Positions 53,217 to 63,028 are shown, counted from the stretch's first letter. The stretch is 64,000 nt of DNA from an uncultured delta proteobacterium (GCA_963801665.1 CAWDFL010000003.1:207697-271696); one strand, 5' to 3'. Notes: a model not told the origin generated them from the sequence alone. A program made the numbers and translations.

Positions 53217-53285
53217 TGGGGCGCCTTCGTCGTAAGGTTGTCATCGTAGCGATGTTATTTAACTACCGGACGCGTTCGGCGACGA

Positions 53286-54363
53286 TCAAGCCCGCCGATA
53301 TTTCTTCCAATCTTTTTCAATCACTCCGGCCATCTCTTTTCCGGCGGCGCGCAGCCACTCCGGTTTTCTGCGATGCAGGTTCTTCAGGATATTTTTGACC
53401 TGGCGCCTGCTGCCCAGATGGACATTGGCCGCTTCGGATCCCATCGCGTGAAGCAAGATATGTTCGTCGCGCTTTTTCGGCAGGCTGGCGATATCGACAG
53501 GATTGGAATCCGGCGAGAGTCGGCGAATCAGCCACTCGCCCGCGACTATCTGAAACGGATCGCGCGCGCGAACCGCGGATAAGATCGCCTGCTGGTAGTA
53601 GGAATTGTGATCGCCGGTATTTCCGTCGAGCCACGCGCATCCCGAGGGAACCATTGCCTTCGCTTCGCGCGCGATGCATCCTCCTTGCCACTGGGCGATC
53701 GCTACGAAGCGCTGTTGCCCGAGACTTCCCATCCCGGCCTTTCTGAGAACAACTTTGTAATCGAGATTAACGTCTGGGAGCGTTTTCTCCAGCGCCTTCT
53801 TAACCGTTTGGGGAAGTCCGCGGCGTACAGCGGGGAGCGCGTTCAGTTTCTTCCAGAAGTCTTCTGGAGGTTTGATCGCCTCGATACCGAGTTTCTCCAG
53901 AATCTTCTCGTGCTCGGCTAGCACCATCGGGCGGCCGCCACTTTTGAGCGTCGCCTCGTATCCTTCCAAAATAATTTCGCAGCCAGCCCTTACGCCGCTG
54001 GTCAGATGGCCCGAGTCGTTGACTATCTTGACGCTTGCCGCCAACCGGACCAGATCGTTGGTGTAGGGCAACGGATATGCTTCGTCGAAATCGTCGACTC
54101 CCCAGGCGAGCCCGGCCCTCCGAGTCGCGCCAGGTGCCGAAACTATTGACGTGCAGATCGCCGACCGCGATGACCTTGGGTGCGTCACGCAGATCGGCGG
54201 AGACCTCTGGCCATAGCTGGGCCCAGCGATAAAACGTGCCGCGAAAAAACATGAACAGATCATCTCTCATCTGTTCATGTTTCGACCGCAGATCTGATTG
54301 GACCACGGTCGTGCATGCGCGCATCCAGCTCTCATATTCTCGGGTCGCTCGCTGTATGTTCAT
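53286..54363 (-). CDS. DUF2252-family (kinase-like) protein, frameshift near 54112
   Basis: [20 protein letters not shown], then DDFDEA and AGMGSLG in the adjacent frame. Confidence 0.75.
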
Positions 54364-54399
54364 CGGCACGTGACTCCAGACACGTTCTGTCAACCAAGC

Positions 54400-54590
54400 G
54401 CAATTTTGCTGGCCGTCGGTGTCGAGCAATCCGAACTGACCGAGCCACGGAAAGCGCTCGAGGAAGCCGGCGCTCAGAGGGGAAACCGATTGCCGCGATC
54501 TGCCATGGTCCGTGGATGCTGGTCGAAGCGGACGTGCTTCGAGGGCATACGCTGACTTCATGGCCGTCGCTCAAGACCGATATTCGCAGC
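54400..54590 (+). pseudogene. PfpI/YhbO (DJ-1 family) remnant with internal deletion
   Basis: [25 protein letters not shown] joined out of frame to [36 protein letters not shown]; middle and ends missing. Confidence 0.75.
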
Positions 54591-54636
54591 CTGGAGAGTC
54601 CTTTGCGCCTCGGCTTTCTCGATGCTGGCGGCAAAA

Positions 54637-56292
54637 TCACGCCGCCTTGGCTTTGTTCAATCGTTTGATCGCCGCAGAAAGTGGCCGCTCGCCGCCGCAG
54701 TAGTCTTGCCACGCGGTGCTCCTGGCTATCAGACCCGGCACGGTCCGAATCGTGAAGCGTTTCGGATCGAGTCCCGCGCGAATCTGCGTCCATGAAAGCG
54801 GCATTGATACTGGAGCTCCGGCGCGAGCGCGTGGAGACAGCGGCGCGACGGCGGTCGCCATGCGATCGTTGCGCAGATAGTCGAGGAAGATTTTCCCAGG
54901 GCGATCTTTCTTGGCCATTTTGGTCAGATAAAGATCGGGACTATCCGCCGCCATCTGCAAACAAACTTCGCGCGCGAAAGCCTTAGCGGCGGCCCAGTCG
55001 ATTCGATCTTTTTTGGCCGGCGCAAGCGGCGTCACCACGTGCAAACCCTTGCCGCCGGTGGTTTTGCAGAAGCTCACGAGGCCGACTGCTTCCAGCCGAT
55101 CATGAATTTCACGCGCACCCGCGACAACGGCCGCGAAATCAACATCCTCAGCCGGATCGAGATCGAAAACGATGCGTCCCGGGACCTCAGGATCTCCCGG
55201 CTGGCAGTTCCATGGATGCAGTTCCAGCCCGGCCATTTGCGCAACCTCGGCCAGCGCTTCGACTCGATCTATCTGCAAGTACGGCTCGGCGATTCCCGCG
55301 ACTTTGACCATCGCGAATAACTTCGACGAGCCCGGCATCGCGTGCCGCTGAAAGAATTGTTGGCCGCCGAGCCCGTCCGGCGCTCGTACGATCGAGCACG
55401 GCCGTCCCTTCAGATGCTCGATCATCTGCGGGCCAGCCGCTTCGTAGTAGCGAGCCAGATCGAGCTTGGTAAATGGTCCGCTATCGCCGTCTGAGGGCCA
55501 GAGCACCTTGTCCGGCTTGGAGATCGTCACGCCCATTACGAGAGTCTCTCCGGCCGATTGTTTTCGCGGTTTGGAGGCTTTCGCCGCGTGGGTTCGTTTT
55601 GCCGCGCGGCTCGGTTCGGCCGCGTTGTTATGATTCGAGCTCCAAGTATCGTCCGCTTTCGCGATCTTTTTGCTTTTGAGAATGAATGGCTTCGGTCCGC
55701 GTCCGTTGCCTGCGGCGATCGCGGCCATCGGACGGCCCGATGCGACCGACCGGTCGTCAGCCAGCAGCGCGTCGCTATCGCCCTCATGCGCGAAGTCGTC
55801 GCGATGCTTTATCAACAGCCAGTTGGTTCGCTTGCCGCCGGTCCGGTCATACTTCATCCGCACCAGCACCCAGCTTCCATGCAGCCGTTCACCGTCGAGG
55901 TTGAACTTCAGATTGCCGGCTTTGAGCGCAGCCTGCGGAGTCGAGTTTTCTTCCGGCGTCCAATAGCCGCGATCCCACAATTGCACGGTGCCCCCGCCGT
56001 ATTGGCCTTGAGGAATCGTGCCTTCGAAATCGCCGTAGTCGAGCGGATGATCCTCAACCTCGACCGCGAGGCGTTTATCGTGCGGATCGATTGAAGGGCC
56101 GCGCGTGACTGCCCATGATTTCAGAACTCCGTCGAGCTCGAGCCTGAAATCATAATGTAGCCGCGAGGCCTCATGCTTCTGAATCACGTAGCGAAGGCGG
56201 TGCGCAGGCGTGATCGGGGTATCGCCGCTCGGCTCGGCGGTTTTGTTGAAGTCCCGCTTCGCCCGATACTTTGAAAGCTTTGCATTCGCCAC
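54637..56292 (-). CDS. ligD: LigD-like protein: 3'-phosphoesterase plus primase-polymerase domains, no ligase domain
   Basis: PE: [22 protein letters not shown]; POL: [33 protein letters not shown]. Confidence 0.85.
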   Translation of the reverse strand: MANAKLSKYRAKRDFNKTAEPSGDTPITPAHRLRYVIQKHEASRLHYDFRLELDGVLKSWAVTRGPSIDPHDKRLAVEVEDHPLDYGDFEGTIPQGQYGGGTVQLWDRGYWTPEENSTPQAALKAGNLKFNLDGERLHGSWVLVRMKYDRTGGKRTNWLLIKHRDDFAHEGDSDALLADDRSVASGRPMAAIAAGNGRGPKPFILKSKKIAKADDTWSSNHNNAAEPSRAAKRTHAAKASKPRKQSAGETLVMGVTISKPDKVLWPSDGDSGPFTKLDLARYYEAAGPQMIEHLKGRPCSIVRAPDGLGGQQFFQRHAMPGSSKLFAMVKVAGIAEPYLQIDRVEALAEVAQMAGLELHPWNCQPGDPEVPGRIVFDLDPAEDVDFAAVVAGAREIHDRLEAVGLVSFCKTTGGKGLHVVTPLAPAKKDRIDWAAAKAFAREVCLQMAADSPDLYLTKMAKKDRPGKIFLDYLRNDRMATAVAPLSPRARAGAPVSMPLSWTQIRAGLDPKRFTIRTVPGLIARSTAWQDYCGGERPLSAAIKRLNKAKAA

Positions 56293-56344
56293 GGGACGCC
56301 TGTGCCCGCAGATAACCTGCGCGAGCGATATCGATCAGAATCGA

Positions 56345-56788
56345 CTAAGATTTGGGTCCGCCGAATAGCCGCAGCACGTCTTCCTCTTTCGCTACGGCAG
56401 CGCGAATTTGCGCGAGCTGATGCTCGATCGTTTTGCGCAGATCCGGCGAGAGATTTTCACCTAATGCCTTCTGATATTCGCCGATGACTTTTTCATCGTC
56501 TTCGCGGCACCATTCGATAACCCCAGTATCACCCTTGCTCATGATGACGCTGAAATCCAGCGCCTCGCGATCCACGAAGCCGGCGACCGATCCCGATTTC
56601 TTTTCGTCGATTCCGAGACGGTAACGTTCAGCCTGGAGCGCCGAGGCCGCGTTTTTACGCGAATCCGCCTGCCGATTGAGAAATGCCTCCAGGTTCGCGC
56701 GTTCTACGTCTTTGGCTGCGTGGCGATATCGCTTCTCGCTGTCGACGCAGGTGGAAATCAAACTATGTAGTATTTCAGCGGTATCCAT
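56345..56788 (-). CDS. PA2169/DUF2383-family four-helix bundle protein
   Basis: LISTCVDSEKRY...AA, SGSVAG, EDDEKVIGEYQKAL, IEHQ. Confidence 0.65.
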   Translation of the reverse strand: MDTAEILHSLISTCVDSEKRYRHAAKDVERANLEAFLNRQADSRKNAASALQAERYRLGIDEKKSGSVAGFVDREALDFSVIMSKGDTGVIEWCREDDEKVIGEYQKALGENLSPDLRKTIEHQLAQIRAAVAKEEDVLRLFGGPKS

Positions 56789-56953
56789 ATAACGCCTCGC
56801 GTGGGAGAGCATCGGATATGCCATCGCCGCGGCTCGATAAAAGGCGTCTATTAAGCTCTAAATATAGGTACGCGGCAAATTTTACCGACCTGTAAACCAT
56901 ACCGGATGTGATCAAATCATAGTCGCGACGGAAACAATTTGTCTTATGCGAGT

Positions 56954-56969
56954 CGGCGTGTATCTTGCT
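56954..56969 (+). promoter_or_regulatory. Possible sigma-54 promoter
   Basis: CGGCGTGTATCTTGCT = GG-N10-GC with TTGC, about 35 nt upstream of the metallothionein ATG. Confidence 0.4.
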
Positions 56970-57004
56970 TTCCCTTGAACTATTCGCGCCGAGGGAGATC
57001 TGAA

Positions 57005-57172
57005 ATGAAATGCGGTCATCAGCGATGCAGTTGCGAAGCAACGGCCGGCCAGAAGTATTGCTCGAACGAATGCGCGTCGAGCGAGCGCGATGAAGGCGCG
57101 ACTGATTGTCACTGCGGCCACGAAGAATGCCGTGCATCGCACCAAAAGGATCGCGATAGCACGCGGGAGTGA
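57005..57172 (+). CDS. Bacterial metallothionein-like peptide (55 aa)
   Basis: MKCGHQRCSC...YCSNEC...CHCGHEEC; RBS GAGGGAG. Confidence 0.75.
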   Translation: MKCGHQRCSCEATAGQKYCSNECASSERDEGATDCHCGHEECRASHQKDRDSTRE

Positions 57173-57204
57173 CTCCAAGGGATATTTTCAGGGGGTAATT
57201 CATT

Positions 57205-57741
57205 ATGATCAAGAAAATCGTGCCGTTCGGAATCGGAATTCTACTGTTCGCGTTCGCCGGAATTGCCTCGGCGCAAGACTTGGGAGTGCTCCTTAACAAA
57301 GCCAACCAGATGAACTACGAGGAAGTTGCCACCGCCAAGATAGCCAAGGACAAAGCCGGCGATAACCAGCCAATGATCACCTATGCGGAAACGATCCGGG
57401 GCGATCACGAAGCCAATGAGCAGGCGGTCTCCGCACTTGCGCGCCAGCGCCACGTAAAGCTCGAGGACAGTGATGCCTCGAAAGCCGAAAAGAGCAAGCT
57501 CAACGATCTGAACGGCGGCGATTTCAACGCGGCGTATCTCGACGACCAGATCGCCGGGCATAAGGAAGCCATTAGCACCTTCAAGACCGCGCAGCGCGAT
57601 TTCAAGGGCGACCCTAACGTCGAGTTGTATATACAGCAGACGCTTCCAGTGCTTCAGGCGCATCTGGCATTGGCGCAGAATCTGAAATACCACCTCTCGA
57701 CCGACTCCGATCAGAATCCGGCGAACAACAAGACCAAGTAA
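57205..57741 (+). CDS. Secreted DUF4142-domain protein
   Basis: Signal peptide; NYEEV, DHEAN, FNAAYLDDQIAGH, TLPVLQAHL. Confidence 0.8.
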   Translation: MIKKIVPFGIGILLFAFAGIASAQDLGVLLNKANQMNYEEVATAKIAKDKAGDNQPMITYAETIRGDHEANEQAVSALARQRHVKLEDSDASKAEKSKLNDLNGGDFNAAYLDDQIAGHKEAISTFKTAQRDFKGDPNVELYIQQTLPVLQAHLALAQNLKYHLSTDSDQNPANNKTK

Positions 57742-57769
57742 GATCGGCAGTCATCGGTCCATTACGAGC

Positions 57770-57803
57770 AGACACTCGCCATCTGGCGGGTGTCTTTCCG
57801 TTT
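57770..57803 (+). terminator. Intrinsic terminator
   Basis: AGACACTCGCCA-TC-TGGCGGGTGTCT hairpin followed by a T-rich tail after the DUF4142 gene. Confidence 0.65.
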
Positions 57804-57839
57804 GTGGCCTACAGCGTTTTATTGTTTGTGATCAGCTAT

Positions 57840-57856
57840 ACTTGACGCTGTCAGGC
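57840..57856. promoter_or_regulatory. Putative TetR operator (upstream of tetR)
   Basis: ACTTGACGCTGTCAGG, a near copy of the 60357-60373 palindrome. Confidence 0.6.
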
Positions 57857-57886
57857 GGAGGCCGGACTCGTCATGGTTCAGAAGCA

Positions 57887-58549
57887 ATGAAGGCTGCGGA
57901 AGCCAAACGAAGACTGGTGGATGAGAGCGTCCGCCTGATTGACGAGCAAGGTCTTGGCGGACTGAGCTTTCGCGAGATGTCGCGGCGCGCCGGCGTGAGC
58001 CACCAGACCCCGTATCACCACTTTGCCAATCGCGAGGGAATACTGGCGGCGATCGCGCACGACGGATTCACGCGGCTCAACGCGCGGCTTGCGAAAGTCC
58101 GGGAAACCGACCGTCGCAAGCGTCCCGCGGAAATTCTCCGCAACGTGATTCGCGCCTACATGATCTTTGCGATTGAGAATCCTGTCCACTACGGGGTGAT
58201 GTTCCGGCCGGAGCTGGTTGATCTCAAACGCCATCCGGAAACCCGCGAGCAGATCAATCAGTCATTCCAGCGCCTGGTCGATTCGGTCGTAGCCTGCCAT
58301 CCCGGTATCGCGAACAACGAAAAGCGCCTGATGGAGGTCGCGAATGCTCTCTGGGCGGCCGCGCACGGCGTTGCGACGATCTGGCTCGACGGTCCGCTGC
58401 GCGCTAAATCTCCGGAGATCTCGATTATGTCCTTTATCGACATGACATCCGAGATGTTCAGCCAGGCCGGCGCGAAGGCGACGCGAGCCGTTCAAAAGAG
58501 AAGCGACAAATTGTCGGACGCCAGGACCACGTCGTCTAGGACGACGTAG
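57887..58549 (+). CDS. TetR/AcrR-family regulator
   Basis: LSFREMSRRAGVSHQTPYHHF HTH; LWAAAHGVA (WHG-type C-terminus). Confidence 0.88.
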   Translation: MKAAEAKRRLVDESVRLIDEQGLGGLSFREMSRRAGVSHQTPYHHFANREGILAAIAHDGFTRLNARLAKVRETDRRKRPAEILRNVIRAYMIFAIENPVHYGVMFRPELVDLKRHPETREQINQSFQRLVDSVVACHPGIANNEKRLMEVANALWAAAHGVATIWLDGPLRAKSPEISIMSFIDMTSEMFSQAGAKATRAVQKRSDKLSDARTTSSRTT

Positions 58550-60297
58550 CGCTCCTGCAGGCGAAAGTCGTCGCCTGCGGGGACGATCCGATCGCGCCGC
58601 TCCGCGGTGAAGAGCACGCGCTGCTCGCCGCGGACCTTGGCCAGAAACAGCGTGCTGACGACTGACATGCGGCCGTCCGCGTCGCTCTCGAGGATCATGA
58701 CGTTGCTGACCAGCCGCCGCGCCATCGACGGAGGCGTCTCCGCCCAGGCCATCCCGCTTTGCAGGCGTTCGATTCGAGAGCGAAGCCCGGACAAGTCATC
58801 GTCGATCAGCGCCAACGCATCGTCCGCTTCCAGTTCGCGATCTACCGACCAGGTGGAGAAGTCCTTCACGTGTCCCTGCCGGATATATGCGCGGCTGGGG
58901 ACGCGGTAGCGGATCTTTTCGTCCAGGAGCTCGAGCCACAGATCGAAGCGCCGGGAGTCGAGCAGTCGCGCCTCATGATATAGCCATTGCTGGACGCGCA
59001 GGAGCCGCGTGAAATCTTCGTTCATGCTCGGCGCTCCTTCGAACATGTCGCGCATCCATCGCAGGTAGAAACCGCGCTGATTGATCTCGCTCGCGGTGAG
59101 GCCGAGCTCGCCGGGGACGCGGTCAGAGCGCTCTTCATGCCCGGCTCCCATCTGGAGATTGAGGCGTTGCTTGCGCGCCTCGGCCCCGCGGCTCGAATAG
59201 GTGACCGCGGCCCAGTTGCCGGCGTCGTCCTGCTCGAAACTTCCGGCTGGTCCGAACGTGCGGGCCGATTGGCCGGATATCCACGCCTTCACTTCGGGCG
59301 GCGCGTCGCGATCGACCAGGCTATACGCCCACATCTCCACCTCGCCAATTCCGCGAGGCTGGATGACGCGCAGAGAATTGACAATCGGCACCATTCCGAA
59401 ATTCGGCCACACCGCGCCATGGATCAAGCCGATATGCGCTCGCTGTGAACCGAGCCGCTGTACGACCTCGTCCTGGATGCCGAGCAGATATTCCTCGACG
59501 TGCGGAGGATAGCCGCCGATGGTGAGCCTCAAGTATTCCTGCGGCGCCATTTCGTCCGGAAAGATGTTGACGCCAAGACCGTGGCCGAGTCCGGGACGAA
59601 CCTCGCGCCCATAAACCACCGGCGTGGCGCGATTTGCCCCCAAGTCGCGCGGAAGGGCCGAACCATGCGCGAAGCCGATATGATATTCGTCGCCGCAATG
59701 ATTCTCCGCAATGACTTTCCAATTGCTCGCGATACGCCATCGCTGGGGTCCGAGCAGCTCGGTCCCGCCCGCGCGGCGATCGAGAATGATATCGAGATAC
59801 CAGGCCATGTCGCCGAGGAATGCTTCGAGCGTGGGCGCATCGGGATCGAAATTGCCAAAGATCAATCCTTTGTAGGTCTCCACGCGAGCGACCGGCACGA
59901 GTCCCCACTCCCCCTTGTCGATCTCCTTGTAGTAGATCGATTCTTCTCCCGGCACGATCGCGAGGCTGCCGTCGCTCTCATAGGTCCAGCCGTGGTAGCG
60001 GCACTGAAACCGCTGGGCGGTTCCGCGATCTTCCTGGCAGACCTGATAGCCGCGATGCCGGCAGGCGTTGAGATGCGCATGAATCCGGCCGCTTCGGTCT
60101 CGGGTCACGAGCACGGATTCCTCGCCCATATAGGTTCGCAGGAACGAGCCCGGCTTCGGCAGTTGCGATACATGGCCGAGCAGGAGCCACGACCGGCCGA
60201 AAACGCGCTGCTTCTCGAGCTCGTAGAGGGCGGGGTCGGAGAAGATCTCCGGCCTGATCCACGAGCCGTCGGGGGCGACATACTCTGAAGGTTTCAT
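58492..60297 (-). CDS. Aromatic ring-hydroxylating dioxygenase alpha subunit (about 59026-60297) in frame with beta subunit (58492-59025)
   Basis: Rieske CRH...CRYH, ENHCGDEYH...H, EQDD; then beta-type WLYHEARLLD...WAETPPS. Confidence 0.88.
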   Translation of the reverse strand: MKPSEYVAPDGSWIRPEIFSDPALYELEKQRVFGRSWLLLGHVSQLPKPGSFLRTYMGEESVLVTRDRSGRIHAHLNACRHRGYQVCQEDRGTAQRFQCRYHGWTYESDGSLAIVPGEESIYYKEIDKGEWGLVPVARVETYKGLIFGNFDPDAPTLEAFLGDMAWYLDIILDRRAGGTELLGPQRWRIASNWKVIAENHCGDEYHIGFAHGSALPRDLGANRATPVVYGREVRPGLGHGLGVNIFPDEMAPQEYLRLTIGGYPPHVEEYLLGIQDEVVQRLGSQRAHIGLIHGAVWPNFGMVPIVNSLRVIQPRGIGEVEMWAYSLVDRDAPPEVKAWISGQSARTFGPAGSFEQDDAGNWAAVTYSSRGAEARKQRLNLQMGAGHEERSDRVPGELGLTASEINQRGFYLRWMRDMFEGAPSMNEDFTRLLRVQQWLYHEARLLDSRRFDLWLELLDEKIRYRVPSRAYIRQGHVKDFSTWSVDRELEADDALALIDDDLSGLRSRIERLQSGMAWAETPPSMARRLVSNVMILESDADGRMSVVSTLFLAKVRGEQRVLFTAERRDRIVPAGDDFRLQERYVVLDDVVLASDNLSLLF

Positions 60298-60356
60298 CCT
60301 CGGCGCTCCTCTTTTGGCGGCGACTCGCCGCGTCGAGGATCAGCATAAGCGCGAAG

Positions 60357-60373
60357 ACTTGACACTGTCAAGT
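60357..60373. promoter_or_regulatory. Perfect palindrome, putative TetR operator of the dioxygenase
   Basis: ACTTGACA-C-TGTCAAGT, 60 nt upstream of the dioxygenase start. Confidence 0.7.
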
Positions 60374-60408
60374 ACGAGACGGATAGACCGGTGATTCGAG
60401 AAAAAATA

Positions 60409-60542
60409 GCTTTTCCTTTCAAATTCAATCATAGAGAATTTGAGAGGAAAAGCATTATTTTTTAAGGCTTAATATAGATTAAAATCTCCCATGCATTTGA
60501 CTTTCCTTTCAAAATCAAGCTATGCTCTTTTTGATAGGAAAG
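60409..60542. repeat. Two related inverted repeats; the second overlaps a sigma-70-like promoter
   Basis: TTTCCTTTCAAA-N15-TTTGAGAGGAAA (60412-60450) and TTTCCTTTCAAA-N16-TTTGATAGGAAA (60502-60541); TTGACT(60497)-N18-TATGCT(60521). Confidence 0.7.
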
Positions 60543-60546
60543 ACTG

Positions 60547-61653
60547 TTGAAGGTGAAGGAACTTACTGCGGAACAGCGCAGGATAGCGGTAGATGCCGTC
60601 CAGCTCTATCAGCACTTCTTTGACCTTCGCGCGGAATACCATGAATTTCGTGGCGGGATTATCTGGAAAACCGTCGGAAAAAAACAATACCTCGTAAGAA
60701 CGCTAGACCGTAAAGGTCATCAAAAGTCACTGGGACCCCGATCCCGCAAAACCGAAAAACTGCTTCGGAAATTCACGGAACAAAAAAACGATCTCAGACG
60801 ACGGCTCGAATCGCTGCGGGAAGAGATCGCCAGACATGCGAAATTCTGCGTCGCCGCTGGAGTCAATCGCGTCCCGCGGATCGCCGCCGACATCGCGAGG
60901 AAGCTCGATTCCTTTGGGCTCCTCGGCACCCACTTGCTGATCATCGGCAGTCACGCGATTTATGCTTACGAGATGGCCGCTGGAGTACAGCTCAAAGCGG
61001 GACTTCTGCAGACCCACGACCTCGATACGTTGCTCGACAATAAGACCGGACTTGAAATCGCCGGTGACGTCCGAAGCGCCGGTTTGTTAGGGCTAATTCA
61101 AAAGATCGACAAAAGCTTCCGGCTCGTTCGGCAGCGTTCATTTCGCGCTGTGAACAGCAAGGGATTTATGGTCGATCTGATACGGGCGCCATTCTTCGAT
61201 CAAACCCGTCTTACAAGCCTCGGCGGTCGAGGAGATCTTGTCGCGGAGCCATTGCAAGGCTTGGACTGGTTGGCCGACGCTCCGAAGATGGCGCAGATCG
61301 TGATAGCTGAAAATGGCTATCCGGTACGATTCGTTGTTCCCGATCCCCGAGTCTTCGCGCTGCACAAAATCTGGCTCTCGTTACAGCCGACTCGTGATCC
61401 GATGAAGAGAAAACGCGACTTTCGCCAAGGCGAGGCCGTGGCATCCCTGGCCCTGGAATATCTCAATCTAAGCTTCGATGCGGCCGCGGTCGCGGAACTC
61501 CCCGTGGATTTGACCTCGATGAAGGCCGGCTTGGTCGAGCGTCTCAGAGCTCGCCGGTCGGCAGCGGAGAAAGATCGAGAGCCCTCTCTACCCGCAGGTT
61601 TCGACGGTATGGACGAGGAATCTCCCGAACTGCCTGAGGACAAATCGGGTTGA
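60547..61653 (+). CDS. GSU2403-family nucleotidyltransferase-fold protein
   Basis: KSLGPRS, IGSHAIYAYE, THDLD (G-S...DxD), VNSKGFMVDLI, VPDPRVFALHKIWLS. Confidence 0.75.
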   Translation: MKVKELTAEQRRIAVDAVQLYQHFFDLRAEYHEFRGGIIWKTVGKKQYLVRTLDRKGHQKSLGPRSRKTEKLLRKFTEQKNDLRRRLESLREEIARHAKFCVAAGVNRVPRIAADIARKLDSFGLLGTHLLIIGSHAIYAYEMAAGVQLKAGLLQTHDLDTLLDNKTGLEIAGDVRSAGLLGLIQKIDKSFRLVRQRSFRAVNSKGFMVDLIRAPFFDQTRLTSLGGRGDLVAEPLQGLDWLADAPKMAQIVIAENGYPVRFVVPDPRVFALHKIWLSLQPTRDPMKRKRDFRQGEAVASLALEYLNLSFDAAAVAELPVDLTSMKAGLVERLRARRSAAEKDREPSLPAGFDGMDEESPELPEDKSG

Positions 61654-61930
61654 ATTCTCTTGAGTTCGAGCGACGCCAACTATCTCAGTTTCGCTATCGC
61701 GAGTACTCGGTGCGTCTGTTTTGAGATGAGGCATGTCGAGCATCTTCCCTTCGTGCCGGCGCCCCGCACCGAGGACTAGAAAAAGCCCATAAACTTGACA
61801 CTTCATTTGGCATCGCAGGTATCGCCCGATTCTTCTCGGAGCCGATGCCACTCCGGAATGCTCTCGGCGAACACGGCGCACCGTAGGAACCTTTCCAAAT
61901 GAGGGGTCGTCTCAAAAATGGGAGATAGGA

Positions 61931-63028
61931 TCACGACCAGCGTGAGGTTCTTGGCTTTCCGCCGGGTCCGCTGTAGGTCGCGGTGTAGCCGGGTTCTTGG
62001 TCGAACTTTACTTGCGGCATCGCGTCGCACAGCGCCTTCCAGGCGGCGATGAGTTCGTCCTCGGCGCGGTAGTCGAACGGATCTTGAAGGATTTTTTCGC
62101 CAGGGCCGCCGGGCTCGAGCGGATGATCATGAAGCCATTTCGCCGTGATCGCCAAGCCCCGTTCGGGAGGCACTACGTCGGCGTAACCTAATTGTGTTTT
62201 GAGCTTCGTGAGATCGAGGACTCGGTGAGTGGTCCATGGTTGCGCGATCAGCGGCCGTGCGGAAACCGCGAACCGCCACGGCATCGAAACGATTTCGAGG
62301 TTGTGCCCGAGTGCCCCGGCGATCACTTCGATAGTCTGGCGCAGCGTGAGCAACCGCTCGTCTCCGCAATTGTAAATCTGGCCGTTCGCCGCGTCGGGAC
62401 GACCCACCGCGAGCAATACCGCGTGCGCGACATTCTCGACATAGCCGGAGTGGTTCAACGAGAGGCCATCTTCCGGAACTATGATCGAACCTCTGCTGTC
62501 GAGAATCCGGCGAACCACACACCACTCGCGTGGTGCGATTTGATACGGGCCATATAGGAACGGATAACGAAAGTGCGTGGCGTCCGGATGCCGATCAAAG
62601 ACCGCCTGCTCTGTCTGCGCAACGCGCCATCCCTTCGGGTCTTCGGCCTCGACGGGAACGATCGGGGCATCCTCGGCGGTGGATATCGGCATCCCCGCCG
62701 GGTGCAATACCGCCGGATTCATGTAGCCGCGATACGCGGGCGCGCCGCCGATCGAAATGAAGCGATCGGTCCGTCCCACCATGATTTCGGCAATCCGGCG
62801 CAGCCGCCCATACGCCGCGATCGTCAGGTCGAAACTGCGATTTCCAAGCGCATCGCGCAGCGCATCTTCCGAAAATGGATCGCTGTGAATGTGTTCGACC
62901 GTGGCCGGAATTTCCGCGAGCTCATGGCGGCCGGTATGCAAAATCGCTACGTGATATCCGCGCCGCAGCAGGCCGTTGACGATCAAATGGCCTGTTGGTC
63001 CGGTACCGCCAATGACAAGCGCTCTCAA
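61931..63028 (-). CDS. NAD-dependent epimerase/dehydratase family protein
   Basis: LVIGGTGPTG, FRYPFLYGP, YVENVAHAVLLA. Confidence 0.8.
   Translation of the reverse strand: MRALVIGGTGPTGHLIVNGLLRRGYHVAILHTGRHELAEIPATVEHIHSDPFSEDALRDALGNRSFDLTIAAYGRLRRIAEIMVGRTDRFISIGGAPAYRGYMNPAVLHPAGMPISTAEDAPIVPVEAEDPKGWRVAQTEQAVFDRHPDATHFRYPFLYGPYQIAPREWCVVRRILDSRGSIIVPEDGLSLNHSGYVENVAHAVLLAVGRPDAANGQIYNCGDERLLTLRQTIEVIAGALGHNLEIVSMPWRFAVSARPLIAQPWTTHRVLDLTKLKTQLGYADVVPPERGLAITAKWLHDHPLEPGGPGEKILQDPFDYRAEDELIAAWKALCDAMPQVKFDQEPGYTATYSGPGGKPRTSRWS

Noticed and set aside
53217-53285. WYL-type TGTC-N12-TANNNT site upstream of recQ
   Set aside because: A -10-like hexamer is present, but the GAC core is off by one base and lacks the final A, so recQ cannot be placed in the regulon
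61654-61930. Gene remnant or element end after the nucleotidyltransferase
   Set aside because: The short ORFs have no recognisable motifs, and I found no repeat matching the left side of the insert
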